The notes under the pieces: generated by a model
Told to the model about the DNA's origin: nothing
Database searches by the model: none
The model's input: the letters and a program-made list of their open reading frames with translations, nothing else
Shown here: piece by piece, positions 49,318 to 58,734 of the stretch
Numbering within the stretch: the stretch's first letter is position 1
How the letters are laid out: each line of letters begins with the position of its first letter
Program-made: the position numbers and the translations under genes
NCBI GenBank assembly: GCA_965223845.1
Contig: CBDCXR010000004.1
Span: forward strand, 3,787,334 to 3,851,333
Length of the DNA: 64,000 nucleotides
Source of the DNA: Planctomycetota bacterium
Lineage (GTDB): Bacteria; Planctomycetota; UBA8108; SXIK01
Reading direction: 5' to 3'

Positions 49318-52300
49318 TCACGCCTTCGCGAGGTAGATCACAACTTCGGTTCCAGCGCCCGTGGCGGCCTTGAGGCGGAGGTCCCCTCCGTGTCCTCGCA
49401 CCGCGCCGTATGCGATCGAGAGCCCGATCCCTGAATTGCCGTCGGACAGCTTGGTCGTGAAGAACGGCTCGAGAGCGCGCTCGCGCTCGGGCTCGTTCAT
49501 CCCGGGGCCGCTGTCTCGGATGCGCACTTCAACGTACGCTCCGTCGAGAAGCCCCCCGGGATCGTCCACGAGACGAGTGTTCGACGTGCGAACGGTCAGC
49601 GTACCCGTCGTCGCCATCGCTTCTCGCGCGTTCCGAAGGATCGCCTCGAAGGCGGCGGACAGTCGATTCCGCTGCGCGCGAACCGGCCACAGTCCGACTT
49701 GCGCGCGAAAATCGACTCGCACGCCGCCCCGGCTCGCCGTCTCGGCATCGACGAGCGACTGGAGAAGAGCGTTGAGATCGATCTCCTCTTCCGGCTCCGA
49801 CGAATCGTTCGCGCTGCCGCAGAAGAGAGCCAGCCGATCGGTGAGCTCCTGGGCCTCGGTAAGACGTTCGAGCAGACGGTCGTCGACGCTGGGAGGATGT
49901 TCCTCGGAGCCGAGAAACGCGTCCAGGTGGTCGAGGATCCCGCGCAAGTCGCGAGAGAGTCGGCGCGAGAGTCCTTGGAGACTCTCGAGACGACGATCGC
50001 GCTCGCGAAGCGCCGCGACGCGCGCCTCCCGAGTCTCTTCGACGACGACGACGACACGGGTTCGTTGCCCACCCCCGATCGTGAATCCGCGCAAACGAAA
50101 GATCCGCTCGTCGGCGTCGTTCGGGCGGAACCCCTGAATCGAAAACGGTTCTCCCGCCGCGAGCATGCGAAGAGGAGCGTCGAGGTCGCGATGCGCGAAG
50201 AAGGGGAGGAGCGTGAGGGGCCGTCCGACGACATCGTCGAGTCGCGCCGGATCGATTCCGAGGCTCTCGGCGGCATTCCCGTTGAAGTCGATGACGCGGC
50301 CGCCGGCGTCGAGGACGAAAAGCGGATGGGGATAACTCGCGAACAGCGCGCGGTACCGCGTCTGTCGCCGGCGGTGCGCGAGCGACCACCGAAGCACGAT
50401 CGCCAGCGCAGCGAGCCCGACGATCGCCGCCACGGCGAGGAGCGCGCTCGTGACCCAGTCCCGCGACGGCGCGAAGCCTGCGACGGAAAACCGGTGCACG
50501 ATCGGCTCCCGGCAACTGTTGCCGTCGCGATCGCGCACCTCGACTTCGAGGACGTGATCCCCCGCGGCCAGCGGCCCCACACGAAGCGAGCTCTCGTGCG
50601 AGAACACGGACCACGGCTCGTTGTCGACGCGAGTGCGGTAGAGAAGCTCCCCGGGCGGCGTATCACCCCGGTGATCGTTCGCTCCCCACGAAAACGTGCC
50701 GACGCCGTCCTCATCGATCTCGTTCGGCAGGTCGCGGTGCGTGAAGCGAGGCGGGCGCCGCCCCTCGAGCGGTCGGTAGCGCCACACGCCTTGTCCATGA
50801 GTTCCGATGAGGAGAGTTCCCGGCTCCGAAACCGATGGAAAGACCGGCCAAACGCCGCTCCAACGATCGCCGGCCGAGCCGACGGGGACGTCGTAGAAAC
50901 ATTCGCCGTCGAAGCGGGTAAGCCCTCGATCCGTCCCGAACCAGAGATCGTCCCCGAGAGTCCTGATCGACCACACCGCGCTCGAAATCTCGCGAAAGCT
51001 CTCGACCTCGTCGCCACGGATGCGGCTCACCCCGGTGGCGGAGTCCGGGTAGCAGACCCAGATCGATCCGTCGGAACCTTCCGCGACCGACCACGTCGCG
51101 GACGAGAGCAGCCCGTCGTCGAGATCCCACTGCTGCTCCGGGACGAATCGCGGCTCGCCGACTTCCTCGCCGGAGAGAAACCGGCCACGAAAGACGCCGC
51201 GATCGGTAGCGAGCCAGAGCTCACCCGTCCGGAGGCGAAGGAGGTCGTTGACCGCGTACCGGCCGCCCTCGAGGCTCACCGTCTCGAATTGGGATCCGGT
51301 GAGCACCGAATGACGAAAGATCGCCGAGCTCGGGCCGTCGACGTCGCGGTGCGGGAGAAACCACAGCTCGCCGCGCCAATCCTTCACAATCCGGGCGATG
51401 CGGTGATCGCGAAGGCCCGGCGCGGTGACGCGGTGCCAATTGATCCCGTCGTAGACGTGCGCACCCAAGAACGCGTTCGAAGTGATCCAGACTCGTCCTT
51501 CGCCGTCTTCGGCGAGGCCGGTGACGCGCGGAAACGGAAACGACTGAATCCGTCCGCTGCGTTCGTGGAGCACGACGGCACTGTCCATGCCGGCGAAGAC
51601 GTCCCCGCCGCTGGTTTCGATGAGACTGAGAACACTCGGATGGACTCCCTCGTGCCCGGTCTCGACGTGCGACCAGCGACGCGACTCGGGATCGAAGACG
51701 GCGATTCCTCCCGGTCCCACGCGGAACCAGACGACGCCCGAGGTGTCGACGATCTCCGCCGCGAGCGCGACCGACCCGATGCCCAGCTCCGCCGCCGTCT
51801 CCCAATCGCGACCGTCCGGCGAGACGATGACTCGGCCGTCCTCGGTCGTCGCGACGTAGATGCCGTCGTGGAGGCGGAGGATCCTCGTCACGCTTCGATC
51901 CGGCGCACTCGCCGGACGCCAAACCTCGCCGTCGAGTCGAGCGAGAATGCCCGACGCCCCGGTCTCGGTGCTCGCATCGTCGCGCGGGACGAACCATCCC
52001 CACAGCTCGGCGCTCTCTTCCCCGCCGATCGGATCGCCCGCTGCTCGCCGCGGCGACGCTTCGTGCTCGACGCGGAAAAACCGCACGCAAACCTGGTCGC
52101 CGAGCCGCGGATCGACCTCCCGGCGTTCGACCCGTTTCCACCGCTTTCGACTGAGATCGCGCGTGAAGAGATCGAACGTCGTCGCGATCCAGTGGCGGCC
52201 GTCTCCGGCGACTGCGTACGCGCGGATCTCGCCGGTCACGTTGAGAAGAGGCTGATCCTCCGGGTCGAGAGGAGAGAGAGCCTCGCGGCGAATCTTGAAG

Positions 52301-52839
52301 TGACGGCGCTCCCCGCCGTCGAGAAGAAAGAGCTCGCCGAAACGTCCGCGCGCGAGAAAGAGACTCTGGCCTCGGTACACCGGTTCGAGGACGCCCTCGC
52401 CGAGGAGACGCCAGAGCACGCCCGCGCCGAGCGCGTAGATCTCCTTGAGCGACTCGGCGATCGTCGTGATGTCCGGCGCCGGATTCCCCGCCGGGAACGG
52501 AAACACGTCCCACTGCCACAGGTCGTAGCGGCACACACCGAGATTCGTCGCGGCGTAGACCTCGTTCGTGCTCGCTTGAAGGAGAGCCGTCACCGAGTTC
52601 GAGTTGAGTCCGTCCTCGCGCGAGTAGCTGTTCCAGCGCCACGCTTCGCCGAGCGCCGCTCGCAGCCGCAGAGCGCCGGCCGTCAACTCCGTCGCCGGGG
52701 CAGCTCTCGCCGGGATCGCCGGTTCGAACTGCCCCTGCGCCGGTACTACGGAGGCGCAGATGAGAGATGCACCCACACCAACCGCGGAGACCCTACGCCG
52801 AAGGCGAGCGGCAACGCAGACAGAGCGGCGTGCGTTCAA
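49318..52839 (-). CDS. Sensor histidine kinase with a periplasmic two-component-regulator beta-propeller and Y_Y_Y domain, a TM helix, PAS, HisKA and HATPase_c
   Basis: Repeated propeller blades, a Y_Y_Y-like segment, the TM helix WVTSALLAVAAIVGLAALAIVL, and a C-terminal HATPase (GPGMNEPERERALEPFFTTK, GIGLSIAYG). I chose a TTG start giving the signal MNARRSVCVAARLRRRVSAVGVGASLICASVVPAQG; the start is uncertain and the 79-aa extension was trimmed. Confidence 0.8.
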   Translation of the reverse strand: MNARRSVCVAARLRRRVSAVGVGASLICASVVPAQGQFEPAIPARAAPATELTAGALRLRAALGEAWRWNSYSREDGLNSNSVTALLQASTNEVYAATNLGVCRYDLWQWDVFPFPAGNPAPDITTIAESLKEIYALGAGVLWRLLGEGVLEPVYRGQSLFLARGRFGELFLLDGGERRHFKIRREALSPLDPEDQPLLNVTGEIRAYAVAGDGRHWIATTFDLFTRDLSRKRWKRVERREVDPRLGDQVCVRFFRVEHEASPRRAAGDPIGGEESAELWGWFVPRDDASTETGASGILARLDGEVWRPASAPDRSVTRILRLHDGIYVATTEDGRVIVSPDGRDWETAAELGIGSVALAAEIVDTSGVVWFRVGPGGIAVFDPESRRWSHVETGHEGVHPSVLSLIETSGGDVFAGMDSAVVLHERSGRIQSFPFPRVTGLAEDGEGRVWITSNAFLGAHVYDGINWHRVTAPGLRDHRIARIVKDWRGELWFLPHRDVDGPSSAIFRHSVLTGSQFETVSLEGGRYAVNDLLRLRTGELWLATDRGVFRGRFLSGEEVGEPRFVPEQQWDLDDGLLSSATWSVAEGSDGSIWVCYPDSATGVSRIRGDEVESFREISSAVWSIRTLGDDLWFGTDRGLTRFDGECFYDVPVGSAGDRWSGVWPVFPSVSEPGTLLIGTHGQGVWRYRPLEGRRPPRFTHRDLPNEIDEDGVGTFSWGANDHRGDTPPGELLYRTRVDNEPWSVFSHESSLRVGPLAAGDHVLEVEVRDRDGNSCREPIVHRFSVAGFAPSRDWVTSALLAVAAIVGLAALAIVLRWSLAHRRRQTRYRALFASYPHPLFVLDAGGRVIDFNGNAAESLGIDPARLDDVVGRPLTLLPFFAHRDLDAPLRMLAAGEPFSIQGFRPNDADERIFRLRGFTIGGGQRTRVVVVVEETREARVAALRERDRRLESLQGLSRRLSRDLRGILDHLDAFLGSEEHPPSVDDRLLERLTEAQELTDRLALFCGSANDSSEPEEEIDLNALLQSLVDAETASRGGVRVDFRAQVGLWPVRAQRNRLSAAFEAILRNAREAMATTGTLTVRTSNTRLVDDPGGLLDGAYVEVRIRDSGPGMNEPERERALEPFFTTKLSDGNSGIGLSIAYGAVRGHGGDLRLKAATGAGTEVVIYLAKA

Positions 52840-53150
52840 GGGCGGGCGGGCGGCGGATCTCCTGCAGCCGCGCTCCCCTGGGCGACCGCCGCGACTCCGG
52901 AGAGGCTCTCGGCGCGCGCGACGCGGGCGATGAATACCGCGAGCCCTGCGCCGATGCTGAGAACGACACCGAGCATAAAGAGGATGCTCCAGTAGAGGCC
53001 CGCCGCCAGACTCCCCTGCGAATCGCCGCCGTCCGATCGAGCGCTGTCCTCGACGGCCTCGCCGCACATCGCACACTGGGCGGTGAGCTCCGGTGCGAAC
53101 GCTGCAAAGGAGAGGGCGACGATGACGAACATGCGCGCGGGAGTGTTCAT
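52836..53150 (-). CDS. Small (104 aa) signal-peptide/TM protein with a CxxC motif, translationally coupled to the sensor kinase
   Basis: MNTPARMFVIVALSFAAFAPELTAQCAMCGE...LYWSILFMLGVVLSIGAGLAVFIARVA has non-Arg-rich composition. Its stop overlaps the proposed kinase TTG start (TTGA). Confidence 0.45.
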   Translation of the reverse strand: MNTPARMFVIVALSFAAFAPELTAQCAMCGEAVEDSARSDGGDSQGSLAAGLYWSILFMLGVVLSIGAGLAVFIARVARAESLSGVAAVAQGSAAAGDPPPARP

Positions 53151-53400
53151 GCTCTAATTCTATCCCGGACCGCGCGGGAGTTTCTACTCCGCCGCACGTT
53201 TCTCGGCGGACGCGGGCTGGGCCGGCTCGGTTTCGCGCGCGCCCCGGGCAGCGCGCCGCGATACGATGCGCTCGCGGTCGATTTCCGACCGATCATAGGC
53301 CCCACCCACTCGAAATCGACGAGCTCCCACGATGCCGTTTCTCCCTCGACGTCGACCCGACGAACGTGTGCGCAGAGATCGAACGCCGCACGCATACACG

Positions 53401-56085
53401 ATGTCTCCCTCCTCGATCGCGTTTCCACTCGTCGCCGGCGTGCTGGTCGCGAAACTCGCGTTCGGAGACCCGACCGCCCTCCCTCTGGACCGCGGCGCCG
53501 CGGGACTCGAGCGCGCGCTGAAGCAGCTCTCGACGACGGCGAGCGTTCTCCACGTCGTCGCCCACCCCGACGACGAAGACGGCCCGCTCCTCACCTACCT
53601 CGCGCGCGGGCGCGGTGTGCGTACGATGGCCCTCTCGCTCACACGCGGTGAAGGCGGCGCAAATCTCATCGCACCGTATTTCTTCGATGAGCTCGGCGTC
53701 CTTCGCACGCTCGAATACCTCGAGGCGAATCGCTACTACGGCGTCGAACAGTTCTTCACCCGCGCCGCAGACTACGGGTACTCGAAACAGCTCTCCGAAG
53801 CCCAGCGCAAGTGGAAGGGATCCGAGATCCTGCTCGAGGACATGGTTCGCGTGATCCGCCGCGAGCGCCCGGACGTCGTGATCTCGCGCTTCTGGGGCGG
53901 GCGGAGAGACGGTCACGGTCACCACACCCTCGCGGGTGTCCTCACGCCGGAGGCCTGCGCCGCCGCCGCGGATCCGGAACGCTTCCCCGATCAACTGCGC
54001 GAAGGGCTCTTTCCCTGGCGAGTGAAGAAGCTCTACCGCGGGAACATCCGCCCCGAGCGCCGCGCGGAGGACGCGGAGGCGTGGACGGTGAAGGTCGATG
54101 CGGGCGAGTACGATCCCCTCCTCGGGGCGTCGTACTACCAGATCGCGCGCCGGGGCTACGGTTTCCATCGCTCCCAGGGGATCCTCCATCACGACGGTCG
54201 CGCCGGCAGCCGCGTCAGCCACTACCAGCTCATTCCGGCCGACTCGGACGAGCGCGTCGTAGAGGAAAGCCTGTTCGACGGCCTCGATACGACCCTTCGC
54301 GGTCTCACCGAATACTGGAGTGGCGAGACTCCGGCTTGGCTCGTCGACGGACTCGATCGGACTGCGGACTGGATCGCCTCCGCCCGTTCAGAATTCCGCG
54401 CGGACGATCCGCCGCGTATCGTTCCCCCGCTCGCGAACGCGCTGCGCTCGGTGCGCTCGCTCTCGAGTCAACTCTTCGACACGAGCTCCGGCACGCCCGA
54501 AAGCCATCGCGAGATCGCACGGCACCTCGCGCGGAAGGAACACGAACTCGAGCGCGCGCTCAGCCTCGCGCTCGGAATCGATCTCGAGGCGGCCGCGGGG
54601 AGAGACTCGCTCACCGGTTCGTCGCCCTTCTCACGCTCGAGCACGTTCGCCCACGCGACCCCGGGACAGATGTTCGACGTCGGTGTACGCCTCGTGCATC
54701 GCAGCCGCGTCCCGGTCGAGTTTCTGAAGGCGACGCTGAGCCTACCTCCGGGTTGGAGCTCGATGCTTCGAGACGCGACTCCGCCCGACTCGAATCTCGC
54801 TTACAACGGCGAAGCCCGGGCGAAGTTCAGCGTCGCGGTACCTTCCGCAGCATCGCCCACCCGACCGTACTGGCGACGCGCATCGATTTCCGACGCGTTT
54901 TACGACGTCGTCGATTCGCTCGCGACGCTGCCGTTCGCCCCGCCGCCGGCGTCCTGCCGCGCGACGATTCGCGTCGCCGGCGTCGAGGTCTCGGTCGACA
55001 CTCCGGTCCGCCTCGTCCTTCGCGATCCGGGGCTCGGGACTCGCTATCCGCCGCTCGCCGTCGCGCCACCGGTCAGCGTTCGATTCGCCGAGGGCGCGGG
55101 GATCCTGCCGCGCGGCAGGACGCGCTACGAGCTCACCGTGACCGTCCGCGGCGACGTCGCGGGCGGCGCATCGGGCGACGTGCGCCTCCAGGTCCCCGCC
55201 GGCTGGTCCGTCGAACCGGCGAGTGCGCCGTTTCGATTCGATCGCGAGGGCGCCGAGTCGACGCTCCGCTTCACGCTCTCGGCGCCGACGGAGCCCGCCG
55301 GCGAACGGTACGAAATCCGCGCGATCGCACGCCACGCGGACCGTGAGTACTCCGAAGGCTACCGGACGATCGAAGCACGCGACGTCGGCCGCTACGATTA
55401 CTATCTACCCGCGATTCACCGAGTGCGCGTCGTCGACGTCAACCTCGCGAACGACCTCGCCATCGCTTACGTGACGGGTTCCGGAGACGACATTCCGCAG
55501 AGCCTCCGTTTCCTCGGAATCGCGCCGACGCTTCTCGATTCCGAGACGCTCCAGAGCGGTGACCTCGATCGCTTCGACGCGATCGTCGTCGGCGTTCGGG
55601 CCTACGCGGTCCGAGAAGACGTCCGCCGCGTCAACTCGCGCCTCCTCGGCTACGTCGAACGCGGCGGCGTCCTCGTCGTTCAGTACCAGACGCCCGAGTT
55701 CGATCGAAACTTCGGCCCGTATCCGTATTCGATGGGACGCGCCGAAGAAGTGAGCGAGGAAGACGCCGCGGTCCGCATCCTCGCCCCGGAACATCCGCTT
55801 TTCACACAGCCGAATGCGATCGCCGCCGCCGACTTCGACGACTGGGTTGAGCAGCGCGGCTCGAAGTTCTGGGCGACCTGGGATGAGCGATACACACCGC
55901 TTCTCGAATGCCACGACGAAGACCAGGAACCACAACGCGGCGGGATGCTCTACGCACGCTCCGGAAAGGGCGCATACATCTACAGCGCGTACGCATGGTA
56001 CCGCCAGCTTCCCGCGGGAGTTCCCGGTGCGTTCAGGATCTACGCCAACCTGCTGTCCCACCGGAGAACTCTCGAGTCTCGCTAG
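53401..56085 (+). CDS. PIG-L/LmbE-family N-acetylglucosaminyl deacetylase domain protein with a roughly 600-aa C-terminal extension
   Basis: HVVAHPDDEDG motif (zinc-binding HPDDE). The far C-terminus resembles a class-I glutamine-amidotransferase-like domain (DAIVVGVRAY...GGVLVVQYQ). Start at MSPSSIAFPLVAGVLVAKLAFG. Confidence 0.75.
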   Translation: MSPSSIAFPLVAGVLVAKLAFGDPTALPLDRGAAGLERALKQLSTTASVLHVVAHPDDEDGPLLTYLARGRGVRTMALSLTRGEGGANLIAPYFFDELGVLRTLEYLEANRYYGVEQFFTRAADYGYSKQLSEAQRKWKGSEILLEDMVRVIRRERPDVVISRFWGGRRDGHGHHTLAGVLTPEACAAAADPERFPDQLREGLFPWRVKKLYRGNIRPERRAEDAEAWTVKVDAGEYDPLLGASYYQIARRGYGFHRSQGILHHDGRAGSRVSHYQLIPADSDERVVEESLFDGLDTTLRGLTEYWSGETPAWLVDGLDRTADWIASARSEFRADDPPRIVPPLANALRSVRSLSSQLFDTSSGTPESHREIARHLARKEHELERALSLALGIDLEAAAGRDSLTGSSPFSRSSTFAHATPGQMFDVGVRLVHRSRVPVEFLKATLSLPPGWSSMLRDATPPDSNLAYNGEARAKFSVAVPSAASPTRPYWRRASISDAFYDVVDSLATLPFAPPPASCRATIRVAGVEVSVDTPVRLVLRDPGLGTRYPPLAVAPPVSVRFAEGAGILPRGRTRYELTVTVRGDVAGGASGDVRLQVPAGWSVEPASAPFRFDREGAESTLRFTLSAPTEPAGERYEIRAIARHADREYSEGYRTIEARDVGRYDYYLPAIHRVRVVDVNLANDLAIAYVTGSGDDIPQSLRFLGIAPTLLDSETLQSGDLDRFDAIVVGVRAYAVREDVRRVNSRLLGYVERGGVLVVQYQTPEFDRNFGPYPYSMGRAEEVSEEDAAVRILAPEHPLFTQPNAIAAADFDDWVEQRGSKFWATWDERYTPLLECHDEDQEPQRGGMLYARSGKGAYIYSAYAWYRQLPAGVPGAFRIYANLLSHRRTLESR

Positions 56086-56261
56086 CCTACTTTGGGGCCA
56101 ACGAGCCGGTCGGAGAACCGGTTCGACGACGCGGAACGAACCATCTCCGGCGGCATCGCGAGGTACGGGAAGAGTCGTCGCAGAGTCGCGAAGAGGAGAC
56201 CGCCCGAGATGGTTTCCGCTCGCGGTTTCTTGGACGGGTTCTCAGCTCGTGCGCACCGCTG

Positions 56262-58388
56262 TCACTCGCCCGCTTTGTCTTCGCTTCCCTCTTCGGACGA
56301 CTCGGAGTCCTCGTCCTTCTCCTTCTCCGGAGCGTACTCGAGCTCCGGAGCCGGCGGTTCACCGCCGTCGCCTTTCAAGTAGTGCTCGAACCACCGCAGC
56401 ATCCGCAGGTGGTAATCGAAGCGCGCCGCCGACTTCCGGTTGCCGTGGCCTTCTCCCGGATAGAGGACGAGGCGCACGGGTGTCTTCCCGAGATGGCGAA
56501 GGTGACGGTAGAGCTCCATCGACTGGCTCGGATGGACGCGGGTGTCCTCTTTACCGTGGAGAATGAGGAGTGGCGTGCGCGACTTCTCGACGTGGTAGAT
56601 GGGACTTCGTTCGAGGAACCATTCCCAATTGCCGTAGAGTTTCTTTCGCGCGTGGACGAGGAACATCTCGTTCGGGATGTCCGTCGTACCGAACTTCGAG
56701 ATTTGATCGCTGATACCGACGAACATCACGCCAGCCGCGAAGCGCTCGGAGTGATAGGTCGAGCACCACGCCGTCGCGAAGCCGCCGTAGGACCCGCCCG
56801 TGACACCGACTTTATCCTTGTCGACGAGTCCGATCGAAACGAGGTGATCGACGGTGTCGACGAGGTCGTCGAACTCCTTCCCCGCGTAGTCACTCTGGCC
56901 GAGCTTCGAGAACGCGACTCCGCGTCCCGTACTGCCGCGGTAGTTGGGGTGGAACACCGCAAAGCCGCGTGCCGAGGCGACCTGACCCGGTCCCGAGTAG
57001 AACGATGTCCACCCGTTTCGATCGTGAGCCTCGGGTCCACCGTGAACGCGAAGGATCAGCGGGTACCGTTCGCCCTCTTTCTCGTCGAGCGGTCGAATCA
57101 GGATCCCCTCGAGCTCGAGACCGTCGCGCGCTTTGTAGCGGACGATCTCCTGCTTCGCAAAGCGCATCGCGTCGAGCCAGTCGTTGCTCGTCGTCAAACG
57201 ACGCGGCGATTCTTCCGATGTCCGGAGCGCAAAGACCTCATTCGGGTACTCGGGATGACTCGAGAGGAACGCGATGCGCGAGCCGTCGCGCGAGATCGAG
57301 AGATCGGACGCGACGAGCGATCCCTTCTCGACGAGCACACGCGGCTTCTCGGCGTCGATGTGATACTCGCCGATCGAGCACGTCGCCCCGACCGAGGCGA
57401 TGTAGCTCACGGTGAAGTCGTCCTTCCAAACGATCGCGTCAAAGTCGCCCTCTCCCGGAAACGGAAGCTGCTTCGGCGCGCCGCCGACGGCGGGTACGAC
57501 CATGAGTCGCCCGGCGTTCGGATCGTGGATGTCCTCGGCCGAGAGAAACGCGAGCTTCGTTCCGCTCGGATTCCAGGCGAGGGGCCCGAGCTTCCCCGGC
57601 GTGTCGAAGACGGCGAAGACTTGCGCCGACTCGACGTCGACCACGTGGATCTTTCGCTTCATGAACCAGTCGTCGATGAGCGGGGTCGGCGCGATCGTGA
57701 GCGCGAGGCGGTCGCCGCGCGGCGACCAGTGAAGATCGGACGGGAATCCCTCGATCTCGAGCGCTCGCGGCTCATCGTCGCTGTTGATCGAGCCGACGAG
57801 GACGCGCGTCGGGCGAAACTCTTCTTCGTAGATCTGCTGATTGAAACCCTTCTCGACGAGAGACTTTCGATCGTCGGCGACCGGGTCGGTCGCGATGAAC
57901 GCGACGCGCTTCCCGTCCGGACTCCACGAGTAGGACGCTATGTCACTCTTATGAGAGAGAACCTTGCTCGCCTCACCACCGTCGATCGGGATGACGTAAA
58001 GACTTCGGTGAGCGTCTTTCCCGCGTTTCGCGAGAAACGAAATTCCGGTTCCGTCGGGCGTCCACTCGACTTGACCGACGCTCACTTCACCGCTCACGTA
58101 CGGTCGCGAAGTGCCGTCCGCGCCGATCACGTGAAGCTCGGCCCACGACGAGCCGGACGGCTCGGCGACCGGCGTTCTCGGGACGCGGAGAACGTACGCG
58201 ATGCGCTGCCCGTCCGGCGCGATCCGCGCGGACGAGACCATGCGGAGCTTCGCCACGTGCTCGGGAGTGAACACCTCGCCGGCGGAGTCGTTCGCGACCG
58301 GAGTGTCCGAGTCGTCCGCGGCGACGGCGAGAGTGGCGATGCTGGCGAAGAGCGCGGCGGACGCAACAAGCACAGTACGTTCGTTCAT
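56262..58388 (-). CDS. S9 family serine peptidase (prolyl oligopeptidase / acylaminoacyl-peptidase-like) with N-terminal beta-propeller
   Basis: GGSYGG nucleophile motif, catalytic Asp/His region (LILHGKEDTRV, EGHG), and a signal peptide MNERTVLVASAALFASIATLAVAADD. Confidence 0.9.
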   Translation of the reverse strand: MNERTVLVASAALFASIATLAVAADDSDTPVANDSAGEVFTPEHVAKLRMVSSARIAPDGQRIAYVLRVPRTPVAEPSGSSWAELHVIGADGTSRPYVSGEVSVGQVEWTPDGTGISFLAKRGKDAHRSLYVIPIDGGEASKVLSHKSDIASYSWSPDGKRVAFIATDPVADDRKSLVEKGFNQQIYEEEFRPTRVLVGSINSDDEPRALEIEGFPSDLHWSPRGDRLALTIAPTPLIDDWFMKRKIHVVDVESAQVFAVFDTPGKLGPLAWNPSGTKLAFLSAEDIHDPNAGRLMVVPAVGGAPKQLPFPGEGDFDAIVWKDDFTVSYIASVGATCSIGEYHIDAEKPRVLVEKGSLVASDLSISRDGSRIAFLSSHPEYPNEVFALRTSEESPRRLTTSNDWLDAMRFAKQEIVRYKARDGLELEGILIRPLDEKEGERYPLILRVHGGPEAHDRNGWTSFYSGPGQVASARGFAVFHPNYRGSTGRGVAFSKLGQSDYAGKEFDDLVDTVDHLVSIGLVDKDKVGVTGGSYGGFATAWCSTYHSERFAAGVMFVGISDQISKFGTTDIPNEMFLVHARKKLYGNWEWFLERSPIYHVEKSRTPLLILHGKEDTRVHPSQSMELYRHLRHLGKTPVRLVLYPGEGHGNRKSAARFDYHLRMLRWFEHYLKGDGGEPPAPELEYAPEKEKDEDSESSEEGSEDKAGE

Positions 58389-58734
58389 GACGATTCGTTT
58401 CCGTCGAAAGACAAGCACACCCGCAGAGCGGCGGACAAAACTCCCGCTCTGGTTGCTGGTGCGCGCAAGATCGGAGGCGCCGCCCGCATCGGAGGTCGGG
58501 TTCCGGCGCACGAAGACCATCGGATTTCGAGACCCACGGTCACGATGACCGCGCGCTTCTTCCGGGTCAACCGATTCCTAGCGTCGGCATCAGCGGGCGC
58601 GATCTTCGGCGCGGGAACGTCCAAAGCGCCGGGACGGGGTTTTCGGAACGAGCTCCACTCGTCCGGCCGCCCGCGCTTCAGCCGGACGGGGGCGCGGCGG
58701 AGAAACTGTCCGAAATCCCGACGAACGGGCCCTC

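Noticed and set aside
56092-56382. Small ORFs overlapping the 3' ends of real genes, for example 56092..56382 + and 7016..7222 -.
   Set aside because: They are antisense to or overlap well-supported genes and have low-complexity composition. The exception is 52836..53150, which was kept because of its realistic composition and its coupling to the sensor kinase.
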